Below, piece by piece: positions 46,594 to 59,600 of a DNA stretch of 64,000 nucleotides. How positions within the stretch are numbered: position 1 is the stretch's first letter; every line of letters starts with the position of its first letter. Source of the stretch: Fimbriosthenelais zetlandica. Lineage: Eukaryota. The stretch lies in assembly GCA_977030845.1 (NCBI GenBank), contig OZ365119.1, positions 3,906,001 to 3,970,000 of the forward strand, read 5' to 3'. Under the pieces are notes generated by a model. That model had not been told where the DNA came from and did not search any database. It worked only from the letters and a program-made list of their open reading frames with translations. The position numbers were made by a program, and so were the translations under genes.

Positions 46594-47771
46594 TGAGTGA
46601 AATACCACATATATAATGTAACTAATCTTAATAATTCCATGATCATTTGAAAGCAGACTCTTACCTCTTAATTTTCCCTGTGCAATCAAGATTCTCACAG
46701 TGGCAATCGAGGTTCAGAGTCATTTCTTTTGGTCTGGCGAGAAAAGAATGATGTATATTTGGTCATTTGCAGTATCTTGTTACATTTTGACTAAAAATAA
46801 AATGTGGGAACATTTTAAAGCATTTTAAAGTCATGATTTCCCGAATGCTCTATTCCCTTTTTGCCCTGGAGTGACGTGGTAGACGAGATCATACTAACTA
46901 TCCTCAATGATTTATTTGAGATACCAATCTGATATGAATTCCAGACTAAATTAGTGAAATTTTAGCTCAATTATAGTTGGCATACTGCCCCTTTATCTGG
47001 TTGATCCATCGGTTTTTGGTTAATTTAATGACTTGGGTCTCAGATAATAGCTTATCTGATAAGCGAATCGATTTGTCATTCAGTCAAGGCTCTCTTCCTG
47101 CCCGAGTTAGATAATCTTTAGATATTTTAAAAATAGGATAAGTGTTTTGTTTATCAATGTAAGTGCCAAATGTACTTGTACAAAGTTAAGCCTTGCATCA
47201 ATCATTTAAGCCTTGCATCATCAATCTTTCAAAGATTTAGGCCTGGCTCTGAACCCCAATAACCTAGGCTGTTAGGTATAGAGGCCTACCACATGTTAAA
47301 AATTAAAAAAAGATGTTTATTGGCTAACAAGGAATTTGGCTAATTAAATTCACATTTGACTAAAAGTCTTCCTGATCTAGCTCTATCCCTGGGCAAGGGA
47401 TATGCATGGGAAGAGGGAGAGGGAAGGAGCTAGGCCAATGAGGCTCTAGGAGGAGACTTGAAGAGGACCATGCAGTGCTTTTTTCATGTTGCTATTGCTA
47501 CAGCATTCATGTTACCACTTGGAAGTCCCCAGAAATATGACTTAGAAAAATCATTGTTCTGCATGTGGAATACTCGTAATGCTAAGTAGGCTCCTTTGTA
47601 CATCTTGATTGACTAGGTCCTTGATTAAATGCTTATAATACCCCTTGCTCAACCTATCCATACCTCTGCACCCTGCTTTCCCCTTTCACATTTTACCATA
47701 TTTCAACGTTATTCTTTCCATATTTAATTTACAACTTAAATGTCCATGGCACTTTGCAGAGCCAAGCCATC

Positions 47772-48887
47772 ATGGACCACTCCAACACTAACCAGTCAGT
47801 TGCCATCGAGCATCACCACATTTACTCTGACGACTGGGTCAAAGCCTACGAGGCCTACATTAACGATGGCACTCTCCTTGACGAGACCCTAACACCCTTC
47901 ATCTCTGTCCTCGGTATGACCCTCAACATCCTAAGCATCATCATGATGTTCAAATCAACCCTTAAAGCCCAATCCACAGGGGTTTATCTACTCTGGTTGG
48001 CTTTGGCTGACTTCACATACTGTTCCTCTAACTTGGCCTCAGTTTTTGATGATTATGTCTTGGGTCTAAGCCTTGATAATCAGATCGCATGTAAAGTTTG
48101 GTCATATGTTGATGTCATCGCCCAGACTGTTAGCTCTTGGATGATTGTCATGGTCATATTTGAACGCGTTCTCTCAGTGCTACAACCACGTAAAACTGCA
48201 GAATTCTGCATCAGAAAAATGGCATGGAAGATTGCTATTTCGGTTATTGTACTCTTAATGCTTCTGAATATATATGCCCTTTTTCTGTATGATATCCCAA
48301 ATGAACCAGAACCTGAATGTTTCATCGCTGACAAGTACCACGAACATGAATCTGCTTTAGCATTTGCCATCTTCCACTTGCTCCTCTATTCTGTACTTCC
48401 CTCTTTGATCATTGTCACTGGTAACTCCATTGTCATCTGGAAAGTGAAGGTTGCAATTCGTAGTCGAGTTGGGCGTCCTCCCACCAAAGAATCCCAAACA
48501 CTTATCTGTAGTTTGATAACAGCGAGTGTTGTCTTTGTCGTCTGCACCATCCCCTTGTCCTGCTTTGTGTTGTCTGATTTCATTCCTGAAGATGTCCTAT
48601 ACATTCCAGCTTCAAGGGAGCTTTGGTACACTATATGTAGTCTTCTAAACCTCCTAAATCATTCAGTTAACTTTATTCTTTATGTGTTGGCTCGGCCCAA
48701 GTACAGGAAAGAGTTTGGTGCTCTGTTCTGTCGTGCTTGTAGGAAGCGAGGACGTGGGAATGAGAATAATGATTTGACTCGGATAGATACAGTTGTGAGT
48801 GAATGGGATGGAGAGAATGAAATGTCCAGTATGGATTTGATTATGCATGATTCAGGAGTGTCTGCCATTCTTGATATCAAAATATAG
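47772..48887 (+). CDS. Intronless class-A GPCR, copy 2
   Basis: First ATG at 47772 after acceptor tttgcag; LALAD, ERV, CTIP, NFILY. Confidence 0.95.
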   Translation: MDHSNTNQSVAIEHHHIYSDDWVKAYEAYINDGTLLDETLTPFISVLGMTLNILSIIMMFKSTLKAQSTGVYLLWLALADFTYCSSNLASVFDDYVLGLSLDNQIACKVWSYVDVIAQTVSSWMIVMVIFERVLSVLQPRKTAEFCIRKMAWKIAISVIVLLMLLNIYALFLYDIPNEPEPECFIADKYHEHESALAFAIFHLLLYSVLPSLIIVTGNSIVIWKVKVAIRSRVGRPPTKESQTLICSLITASVVFVVCTIPLSCFVLSDFIPEDVLYIPASRELWYTICSLLNLLNHSVNFILYVLARPKYRKEFGALFCRACRKRGRGNENNDLTRIDTVVSEWDGENEMSSMDLIMHDSGVSAILDIKI

Positions 48888-50510
48888 CTATATTTTACAG
48901 AAATAACAGAATTAACATCTTGCCTACTGGCCCTCACCCAGCCCCAGCCCCCCCCCCCCCCAGCCATCATGATTAGGCCTATGTGAGCCCCCCCCCCCCG
49001 ACCATGCTTATGTGATGCTAGTTGTTTCAGTAGCAGACTTAAAAACTACTGGTCATGATTTTCAGCCGAGTGCTTTTTGGTGCGATTCTAATCTGATTTG
49101 TCATAATCTAATATGTGTAGACAGGTAGGATTTGGGACAGTGAGAGATAAAGGGATGGTAAAACATCATAGGTGTCTTGAATGGAGATGTTTTATAATAT
49201 ATAATCTAGCACAAGGTATCCTCAAATTGTAAATAGCTGCATCATAGTTTAGAAACACCTATGTGAAAAAGTTGTGAACTAGATTTAGGATGTCCTGTTG
49301 CAAACATTATTATATATGCAACTCGGACTACAGGAAGCAACTTCTCTTTTGTCTCCCCATGGCTGCCACCATCTTCCTCCCCAAATCCACCCCACCCCTT
49401 TTATAGTTATAGATTATTTTAATCTATCTTAAATAAGACATATTTTAATCTATCTTAAATAAGACAACATTCTCGTGTTGTGTTGTGGAAATTCACCACA
49501 CAGATACAAATGTAAAATAAATAAATAAGATAGGTCCAAACCAGACCATATCCTTCTTAATCAACTTGACAGCACTAGTGCATGGCATCTATTCTATGGC
49601 TGTCCGATTTTTAGTTAACTTTCTACATTTAGAAAAATCATAAAGATTTATTCCCTGAAACACTTTTTCGTAATAAATCTAATATTTTTAAAATGGACTT
49701 AAGCAGTCCTTTCCATGCTGGCTGTTGTCATGTAGATGGGTGAAGTTAAAGATTCATTCATACATTGCCGATTTACAAGGCGATTCTGCATTGCCCCTAG
49801 CTAGATATTGCCGATTTTCAAAGCGATTCTGCATTTCCTATTTCATTGTTTTACCATGTGCACTTACCACCATTGATGAGAAAAACGCCGCACATCAGAT
49901 GTAGTCGGCTGGCCTTCGTTGGCGCCCCTGGACAATTTCTTTCCATATTAATCACTTGAAATGTTAAAACCACATTTTAATTAACCACATTTCAATGATT
50001 AAAAGTCGATTTTAATGACATTTAATATGATCATTAATGCAGTAACGCATCAGTTACTACTATCTACATCTCCTGATTTTTCTTTGAGTATGTCATATTT
50101 TTGGGGAAGATGCCAAGAAGAATTATGCTTCAAACCACAGGCGGTATTTGTCTAGTTTGGCTTGAAAGTCTTCAGACATATTCAAAGCGCAGTTCAGACT
50201 TCTAAAAGGGAGAGACCAACTTACAGGTCAAAAAGCTGCTAAGATATTATTTCCCATCGGGGAATGACAAAGTTTAAAGTGAGCAAAAGTTGTTCTAATT
50301 GTATAGCAATTTATTGCGCCCTCCTTGAATTATTAGGGATATATTGCCTCGGGAACAATTTCCACTGGAAATATTATTTACAAGAAAACATTAACATTGC
50401 AACCAAATAGGACCATTTTGTACATGTCAATATAACGAATCCATCTCGAATGAGTCGGGGATGTTCTAGAGCTTTCATTTCTTCAGTGACATCCTAAAAA
50501 GAAAGCAAAC

Positions 50511-51548
50511 ATGAACAACTCAACATTAGACATGTTCGACAAGGATTATGAAAGATATACCCATTATGGGGATATCCTTGACATGGTGATAGGTTGTGTC
50601 TTCTCCACTCTTGGCATGATCCTCAACACCCTAAGCATAATCATGATGTTCAAATCAAGCTTCAAAGACCAATCAGCTGGAGTCTACCTCCTCTTCCTTG
50701 CCATCTTCGACCTCATATTCTGCATCTCTGGTTTTGGAACATTCATATCAGACACCGTCAGCTACAAGCTTGACAACAGTACAACCTGCAAGATCTGGAC
50801 ATACATTGACACAATGTCAACCACCTCGAGTTCTTGGATGATTGTGACACTGACGATTGAACGCGTTGTTGCCATGGTGTTACCTCAGAAAGTCCCCTCC
50901 TTCTGCACTCGGAATAAAGCCTGGAAAATATCCGCTGGCATCCTAACCCTCCTTCTCTTCCTAAATATGTATGTGGTCTTTATTTATGACATCCCAGACG
51001 AACCCGAACCGGAGTGTTTTCTCTCGGACAAATACAATGACAATCTCTATGGTCTAGCATTTGGTCTTCTGAACCTCCTCCTCTACTCACTCGTCCCTGC
51101 GGCTATCATAATCATATGCAATGCCGTTCTGATCAAAAAGGTCAAGAAAGCAATTGAGGTGCGCATTTCCGGTGGTCCTTCTGAGACTTTCACTAAGGAA
51201 TCCAAACGGCTTGTGTACACTCTTATAACAGTCAGTACTGTCTTCGTCCTTTGCACTCTTCCTCTCTCATGTTTTCTGTTATCAGATTACGTCCCCAGGG
51301 AGCGGCTGTACATGCTCAAGACCAGGGAGCTTTGGTTCAGTATTTGTGATGGACTAATCCGTGTAAATCACTCAGTTAATTTTGTCTTGTATGTTCTGAC
51401 TGGACCCACGTTCAGGAGGGAGTTTCGTAGGATGTTCTGTGTCTGTTGTAAGGGTGCGGATGGCAGGATTGAACGGGAGTTTAACATGACTACTGTAGGT
51501 CTGATGCTTGAGAGGCATGAGACTGAAATGACTAACACTGTAGTCTGA
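50511..51548 (+). CDS. Intronless class-A GPCR, copy 3
   Basis: LAIFD, ERV, CTLP, NFVLY. Confidence 0.95.
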   Translation: MNNSTLDMFDKDYERYTHYGDILDMVIGCVFSTLGMILNTLSIIMMFKSSFKDQSAGVYLLFLAIFDLIFCISGFGTFISDTVSYKLDNSTTCKIWTYIDTMSTTSSSWMIVTLTIERVVAMVLPQKVPSFCTRNKAWKISAGILTLLLFLNMYVVFIYDIPDEPEPECFLSDKYNDNLYGLAFGLLNLLLYSLVPAAIIIICNAVLIKKVKKAIEVRISGGPSETFTKESKRLVYTLITVSTVFVLCTLPLSCFLLSDYVPRERLYMLKTRELWFSICDGLIRVNHSVNFVLYVLTGPTFRREFRRMFCVCCKGADGRIEREFNMTTVGLMLERHETEMTNTVV

Positions 51549-51695
51549 AATGACTAACTGCGGTCTGAAATGACTAACACTGCGATCTGAAATGGCTAAA
51601 CTGCCGTCTAAAATGATTAAATTGCGGTCTGAAATGGCTAAACTGCGGTCTGAAATGACTAACACTATAGTCTGAAATGTCTAACACTGTGGTCT
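51524..51695. repeat. 20-22-bp minisatellite overlapping the GPCR3 stop codon
   Basis: CTGAAATGACTAACACTG(T/C)(A/G)GT repeated about 8 times. Confidence 0.9.
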
Positions 51696-52076
51696 TCATG
51701 GATAGTTGCCCGATAATCATTATCTTAGCTGCTGAGGATTTGGTAATGACTTTGAAATCCATTTAACAATGATTTGGTGAAACAAAATACCGGAAAATGT
51801 ACATAAACATTCAATACATTAAGAAGCTACCTTTAGGCATAGTTATATGTAACCGAAGGGGTTTATAATCAAAGTAATAATAATAGATAATAGAAGGGTT
51901 CCCAGTCGGGTTCCCGACAACCGTATTGTTCAAGTAGCTATAGATTCAGTGGCATGTGCATCACGGATCACCAAGCACCAAATGTGAAGCCTGTATCACT
52001 GGCTTCACTACAAAGTCAGAAATGATGAACCATGTGAAAATCCATTATCTCTACTGCTGTAACATCTGTCCTCTAA

Positions 52077-52287
52077 AGCCGGGACTCCACTGCTGCGATT
52101 TTGTTTGCGACACTACTGCGACAAAGTTGATGCTTGTGAAGTTGTGTAAGAATAAAATGTGTAAATTATGGGTCAAGTGTCCAAGGCCTTAAGGCCGTCC
52201 TCCAATGGTAAATTTATCATTGAAACACAAGCATCACCTTTGTCGCAGACGTGTCGCAAACAAAATCGCAGCAGTGGAGTCCCGGCT
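52077..52287. mobile_element. MITE family A copy (211 bp)
   Basis: Same TIRs; core inverted relative to 10758. Confidence 0.95.
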
Positions 52288-53232
52288 CAAAGACCAACTC
52301 ATGGCAAAATGTAAAAATGTGCTAGTACAACATGCCCATGAGTAGTCAATGTTGTCAACTTACCCCGATTACAACTTAACTTGTGATACCTTATATTAAG
52401 TAGTCTAATATGTATTTTTTTTTAAATAACTCTTGAAAGTATTTCTATGTAATACACAAATGCTGGAATGTGTAGATTGGAATCTGACATGTCTAAAATG
52501 GAGAGTGGTCAGAAACTTCATTGATGGACAGACTTAACTAGAAATGAGCTCTTGGTTGATGTAAGATTTAACTAAATGTTTTCGAGACATATTCCAATGG
52601 AATGGCTCCTATATGTGTCTATGATAGGAAAAACTGGAGGCTGATGAGTCCATCTGAACCTAAGTTGTATTGAACTGGTTTAGGGTGATGATAATTATCA
52701 ATGCTTTCTTATAGTCAATAAATGCATTAACGAAATAATTTTTTGATACAAATTTATATACAAATTCACTTGAATACACTGCGACCACTACATCGATCCA
52801 CTCTTATCTACCAATGCATGTGGCTCCATCTTGTGTCGAATTGGATAACCACTGACTTAGATAACCTCTTATTTTTTTTTTATTAAAGATGTTTATACAG
52901 CACAACACAAAAACCAGTTTAGGCTCACGGGGCAGTTACAAGATTTCTACCGTTCATGATATTCTGCCTAAGGCTGTATCTAGTGCAAGACTAAGGATAA
53001 AGAGAGTTGTGTGGGAGAAAGTCAGTTGGGCCTATGGCGTCATCTGTACTTGAGTTGAATAACTACATGTATATCCCCACTAGAAGCTGCCATTATAAAT
53101 GAATGTTGTTTAGATGTAGCCTACATGTCTATGACATAGGCTACACGTTTTGGTGCCTTTGGATATCGCATGAAAAACATTATACTAATGTTCAAGTGGA
53201 TATCTCCAGCTTTGGTCCACACTTCAGTTTTA

Positions 53233-53443
53233 AGCCAGGAATACACTAATCCGTTTCTCTATCCGGAGCCATCCGATAGCTGTCCGAAACTGTATTTCTA
53301 TTCACAACAAATGCTTGTAATTTGAAAAGTCCTTTACGCCTAGGTAGGGCTATCCATTGACAAAATTTCAATCTTTAGATATCATTAGAAATAAGCTATC
53401 GGATGGCGACGGATTGGAGAATCGGATTAGTGTATTCCAGGCT
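53233..53443. mobile_element. MITE family C (211 bp)
   Basis: TIRs AGCCAGGAATACACTAATCCG / CGGATTAGTGTATTCCAGGCT in TA context; partial copy from 58009. Confidence 0.88.
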
Positions 53444-54668
53444 TTATACAACTACATTGAAATGAAATGACGGAGAATAAATTAACAAAATGTTTAATTT
53501 GCTTGATATATGTTTCATCTTCAGAACTGGTGGCCATGATCGGATCCCAACAGGACTTCTTGCCCCGATTGGATCTCGACTTTGTAAGTTGTACATAATA
53601 AAGAAATAAGCCATAACATTAAGACTGAGTTTGTAAGTTATTTTATTTAAGCTTCTTCATCACACACAATTTACGTCACATTTAGGAAACGGTTTGTCTG
53701 GGAATTAGTCATAATTATATATCAACATCCTTTATTATATTAAGTAAGTTCTGGCTAATTAAGAATGTATAGGCTAAGGATAAAAATATTTTCTGTGCAT
53801 TTAAAAAAAAGATGGAATTCTAACAATATCACAATAAAGCTATGTATGTATGAAAATAAAATGTGCAGAATATATTTTTAAAAAGTACACTTATAAGTTA
53901 TGGATTTTTCTTAACATGTATTATGTATACCTTAAGAGTTAGAAATGTTAAGATTTTAAAATTTAAGAGACAGTTCACAAACGTTCGTTTTTTTTTCGAA
54001 ATTAAGATAATTATTAAGAGGAAAGTCCCTTACAAGGTTGAAGAGGGAAACGCAAAGCACCTGAAGGCTATGAACATTCAAAGACAATATTCTACACAAC
54101 TAATGGACGCTCATCACAAAATGATAGCTTCAAGGAAAAACCCCCCAAGGACGACCTCTCTAGTCTTAAGCAAATAATTATAAGGTTACTCATATTTTTG
54201 GGGAAAACGTTGGATAAATTGGTTCCACTAATATGTGGGATTCAAACCTAGACAGTTTGGCTTAGCATGGTTTGTTAGAAATAAGATTTTATATTACAAA
54301 ATAATTTGCAGTTTTAATTCAATAGAATTCAAGGAAATATAGGAATATATGTTTTGAGTTGGGATTATCGGTACAGCAGTAAATTCTTTGAAAAATTCAA
54401 AAGCAAAGTACTATGCCATATATTCACTCAGAAATATTGATTTATAATATATTAATATTCATACATCTTATATTCCTATACATCTATCGTAGACTAAAGG
54501 CGCACAAAATGCAAGATATTGCACCGTAAAAAAAGTCATTCATAAAATTCAATTCAGCCAAGGATATAGTTGCTAGGTTTCTTATATAATAATCTGATAA
54601 TGATATAAGAGTAAAACAATGTTCTTTATCATTTCTCCAAATGGAGTCTTCAAGATACATCCCCCATA

Positions 54669-54862
54669 ATGCCAGGCCCACACAGAAGCGATTCGCCCAA
54701 GCGATGCAGAGCGATAGTATATCTCCAGTCACAACCAATGCTTGTAATTAATTTTAAGTCCTTTAAACCTAGCTAAGGCTAACCACTGACAAAATTACAA
54801 GCATCGGGTGTGACTAAAATATACTATCACTCGGGCAAATCGCATCTGTGAGGGCCCGGAAT
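54669..54862. mobile_element. MITE sharing the family C core but with different TIRs
   Basis: CCAGGCCCACACAGAAGCGATTCGCCC / GGGCAAATCGCATCTGTGAGGGCCCGG; core AATGCTTGTAATT...CCTAG.TAAGGCTAACCACTGACAAAAT resembles 53310-53370. Confidence 0.7.
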
Positions 54863-55429
54863 TACTTGGAAGAAGATAAATTTTATATATATAACTGGAA
54901 CTTTTTTAGAGAAAGGATTACGAAGTAAATGCTTCTCTGGGGATAAGTTTTGAGTGGATCTCCACCAGTTTTTTTGTTGTAAATACTTGGAAATATGTGC
55001 GTAAGTTTAGCCAGCACCTCCATGGTGTTTGGAAGATTAAAGATTTAAAATGATGTGATGATATCTACTTCAACAGACATCTGCTCCAGAGAACCATCTG
55101 CTCAGAAAACATCTGCTCCAGAACCATCTGCATCAACAGAAATCATCTGTCTGTTAGATTACATCATCCCTAGAAGTTAACATAAACCGCAAGTCCACCA
55201 AGATGTTTTCTTGACATATATTATCTCCTCTGTCACACAATTGACAGGCCAATTTGAATCGGGCTACGCCAAGCAAAATGCTCACTGGATCTTGAGGCTC
55301 AACTCGCAATTCTACCAATGCATGCTCGGTTAGTACCCTTCTTCCACAGGCTTCAAATCTGCATTTTAGAGACCCAAGTCCGAGTTAGGTAGACGTAATC
55401 ACTTGGTTGTTTGGTCGGGTAGAAAGTAA

Positions 55430-55627
55430 ATTGAGACCTGGGTCCATTTTAAAAATAAACTTAGCAATGTTAAGTTTATGGCTAATATTTCTTTTGAAAT
55501 GGGCTCCTGTAGTATTGGACTTTAGATAATCTATGGGTTCTTTGATCCCAATTTCGCCTTTGGAGTTCGTGGGGTCAAAAAAGACCCATAGATTGTCATC
55601 AGTCCAATCCTATCTCGGTCTCAATTC
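55430..55627. mobile_element. Small fold-back element with a nested mini-element of about 70 bp in its left arm
   Basis: AATTGAGACC...GGTCTCAATT ends with inverted arms; insert bounded by CTGGGTCCATTTTAAAA / TTTTGAAATGGGCTCCTG. Confidence 0.55.
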
Positions 55628-56634
55628 TCTCTTCCCAGAAATCGCTATTTGGATTTCTTATAATTATATGGATTTCTCTTAAAAATCTTCCGTCATTAAA
55701 ATTCCCTTGCGCACTAGTTGCTTATTACGATGGACCAATAAGTATGTATACATCTTTTGGTAACATTTAAAAATTCAAATTATGCTTATTAAAAAGCAAA
55801 AAATATCCTTTATGAATAATCACAAGGACAAGCGCGTGTTGCCCTTATTCTCTCGAGAAAATAATAATTATTTCTATTTTAACTAATTCTTGTATCACAA
55901 GTAACATAGTAGCAATATATTTATATTATTTCAACCTCGAATAGTCAAGGTACTTATTCACATATCCATTATAGTAGTATTCGTAAATTCATTAATTTTC
56001 TTACTTCAATGAACCTTTACAGACATTCTTAGTTAGATTCTCTATGTTTATTCACCTTATTAGGCATACCTTGCAATGTCCAAGTTTTGTCGATACGTAT
56101 CGTATGGTATTGACTATGGAAGATTGCCGAAAAGACCTGACAGACCTGTCAGTATTATTTGAACTTTCAGGAATTCTAAAACCTTATGTCAACATAGCCA
56201 TTATTTCAATGGGCAAACATTTAATAAAACTATATCCCAAATCTAATCTTTCCCTGCCAATGTCTTGGCATTTTATAATTTGAATTCTGTAATTTCCATG
56301 AACATTCTATGCAAAAGAACTTTAACTTGCCTTTAGAAACCCACTGTCCATCTTCCCCATCTTTTGACATTCCTTGGTCAATACAAATTCACTTCAATCT
56401 TTACTGAACCCTTGCTCAATACAAATACAACTTTTCTGTATCATTTAAATTTCTTTTGTGAGTAAAATGCACCTTCTTCACTGTCTCTATTTCCTTTTTC
56501 AATTAGATACACCTTCACTGTATCTATTTCCTTTGTCAATAAATTTCCCTTGTCAATAAAATGCACCTCTTTCACTGTATGTATCAATTTAAATTTCCTC
56601 AATAAAATGCACCTCCCGGACGACCTAACATAAT

Positions 56635-59600
56635 CTAATAACATTCCTTTGTTTTCTTACAGATGAAGTAATGGCTTGCGGTGCATTCTGAGCTGATCCA
56701 CCTGTAGGTCTTATCTCTAAACACCTGTAGGACCAGACAGTTTCTTCTCCTCCGGTATCCTCGCTCCTCGTCCGTCGCCCAGTTCTGATAGGTCAGTATG
56801 GTGGTTGTGAATCGTTTCTCGTCGTACCAGACCCACTGCGACATATTCCGGGAGTAGATTCCAGAAGTCCAGTAGGTCCGGTTAGTCTCTGTGCCTATTG
56901 AGAAATAATTTTTTTAATTTTTTTTTTAATTTTTTTTTCATAGAACCTGTTATGGGTGAATACCAGCGCACACTCTTGATTACTCAAGTGTCTCGTATGA
57001 TTTTCAGCTGGGGGCTCTTTTATGAATAACATTCTAATAGAGCAAGGAATAGAGCACTTGAATGCGACCAAAAATGGAGAGAAAATTATTTAGTTTTAGT
57101 TGTCTTGAGGGAAGGGTCAGGTCTGCAGCCGGTCATTTCTGTTGGGTGGGTGGGGGGGGGGGGGGGGGGGGGGGAGTGGTTCGGGGGGGGGGGGCATATT
57201 ATATTCAAACTTTGGATATTTTCTAATTTGCCTGGACTATTCAACTATGTACTGGGAATCGTTTTTTTAATTATTATTTTATTGGGGGGAGGGGGTCTGG
57301 CCCCAAATAACAAATTAAATTCAAACTTGGGACATTTCCATCAAATGTTATGAATCATTCTAGAACTATATACAGGGAATCTGATCTTGCTCCAAATAAA
57401 TGGAATTAAATTAGAGAAATCAACTTCGGAACATTTGAGATGTCCCCTTACATTTAGGAAATATTGAGTATGAAAATAACTGAAAACACGCCATACTCCA
57501 AATAAAAGTATCTAAATTTAGAAAAAACAACTTCCGAACATTTGAGATGACCCCTTATGAGTATGAAATCAATTGAGTAAAAAAATAACTGTGACGCTAT
57601 AATAACATAGACCTACTTTGAATTGTTGAATGTACTGTCGAAGCCAGATAGTTGTCCCCTTTTGAGTATGAAATCAATTGAGTATAAAAATAACTGTAAT
57701 GCTATAACCTACTTTGAATTGTTGAATGTACTTTAGAAGCCAGATAGTTGTCCTCGTTCAGATTAGTAATATCCATGAGGTGGCTGTTTCGTGCACTAAT
57801 ACAATCCAAGGCCGCCTCACCAAATGTCTTTCTTGTATTCATTACCAGGTAGCAGTTCCCCACGCCATAATCTCCACTGATGAATTCACTAGGACAAACT
57901 CCAGTCGCTCTATCACCTGGAAGAAATACGGTAAGTCAGTGCTTTTTTCACCAATTTATTTTTTCAGGTTTTGTTTTGATTTGTGAATGTATTATCTTGT
58001 TACTGTTAAGCCAGGAATACACTATTCCGATTCTCTATCCGGAGCCATCCGATAGCTGCCCATTCCCTGTTGAGCACTCATACTTTAGCATTGGGTGAAT
58101 AACAATTTGGTCTAATTTTAGCGAGATGAAATGTGGGTGATTGGTTTTCTGTATTTGAATTATTCTGACTACATTCTACAAAGTAGGTTTTCAATGTAAT
58201 CTGTATATATTATATAGATACGTAGCTTATGATTAGACGAAAAATGAAACAACAAGTAACAACAAAGAAAGGAGTTTGATGAAATGATTATTAATGAAAT
58301 AAATGAGATGGCATTGGTGTTAGGATGAGGTATGAGGTATCAGGCCTGGAAATTATTGGGATGATATCTATCATATGTTACATAAATTATCAGCTCGCCA
58401 AATTCTGTTTTTGGTGAGCAGAAATGAGCGAATGATGATTGCATTTCTACTCGCCAAAATCTCTTTTGGTGAGCAGAAATTCGCAGGCGATGGGTTTTCT
58501 TACCTCCTCCTATTTTCTTGAGTTCATTATCTATCTTGGTAATTTCTCTGAGGATCGTTTCCGCTTTTCCATCCACGTCATTCACCTTTCCAAGGATGGC
58601 GTCCGGTTGGTCACACGAGAATGCTTTAGTTGATAAAGAAAAAGGAATAATTATGAGTATTTGGGAATGGACTTAGAAAACTACAGTAGGAAAGAGATGA
58701 ACTAGTACTTAGTTTCTACACTGTGAAGCAAACATTCTGGGATTTGCCACAAACATAAGCCTACACGGGCATTGCATTGTGCAAGGATAAGTCAAAACTA
58801 AAAGAGAGTTTGTGCACATACATTTTTCCAAATTAAGAGTGTCAACACAATTTTAGTGTTTTAAATGGTGGAATATTGCATAGCCACAAGTGACACTCGA
58901 ATTTATGACAGCTCATAATGTTTTAGGACCAAGTACAGACTAAGTTTAGTTTTTGTGTACATAACACTAGGGCAATATATAAGACTATTGGCACCGATGT
59001 TGTGAATATATTTTTTTTCCTATTGAAATATGCTTCATTATGCCATGAGATATTTTCCTGATATACATAATTTTAACTGCATCTGTCAGTTAAATATAAT
59101 TTTAACTGCATCTGTCAGTGAAACCTAATTTTAACTGCATCTGTCAGTTAAACATAATTTTAACTGCATCTGTCAGTTAAACATAATTTTAACTGCATCT
59201 GTCAGTTAAACATAATTTTAACTGCACATATATGTGTTAGTCAGGTTGACATATATCTAGCAAATACTCACGGACACCTGAGCCAGGTGGTCCTGGTGGT
59301 CCCTGAGCTCCTGGTGGTCCAGGGCGGCCCGGTGCTCCCCGACAGCCCTGATTAGAAAAAAAATATACTTCAACATTGGTTTTATGTTTATAAAGAGATT
59401 CATAAAGCATTTAATCAATTGATAGATCATACCCCCATTACAGAATTTTAAGATTTCGAAAACGCATTGCACAAGAATCAAAATATGACATGCAAGATCT
59501 GCCCCCAAATCACATCAGATCTGACATGCACAGATCTATGAGAGAATCATCCCGATCATGATCGTATCTTCATACACATTATGCCGATTTTTAATCTGAA

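Noticed and set aside
57726-58098. Plus-strand ORFs and a gtaagt donor at 57931
   Set aside because: Antisense to lectin exon 8 and its acceptor; no independent support.
59257-59508. The listed 83-aa ORF
   Set aside because: Wrong frame; the real exon is the Gly-X-Y frame at 59347-59272.
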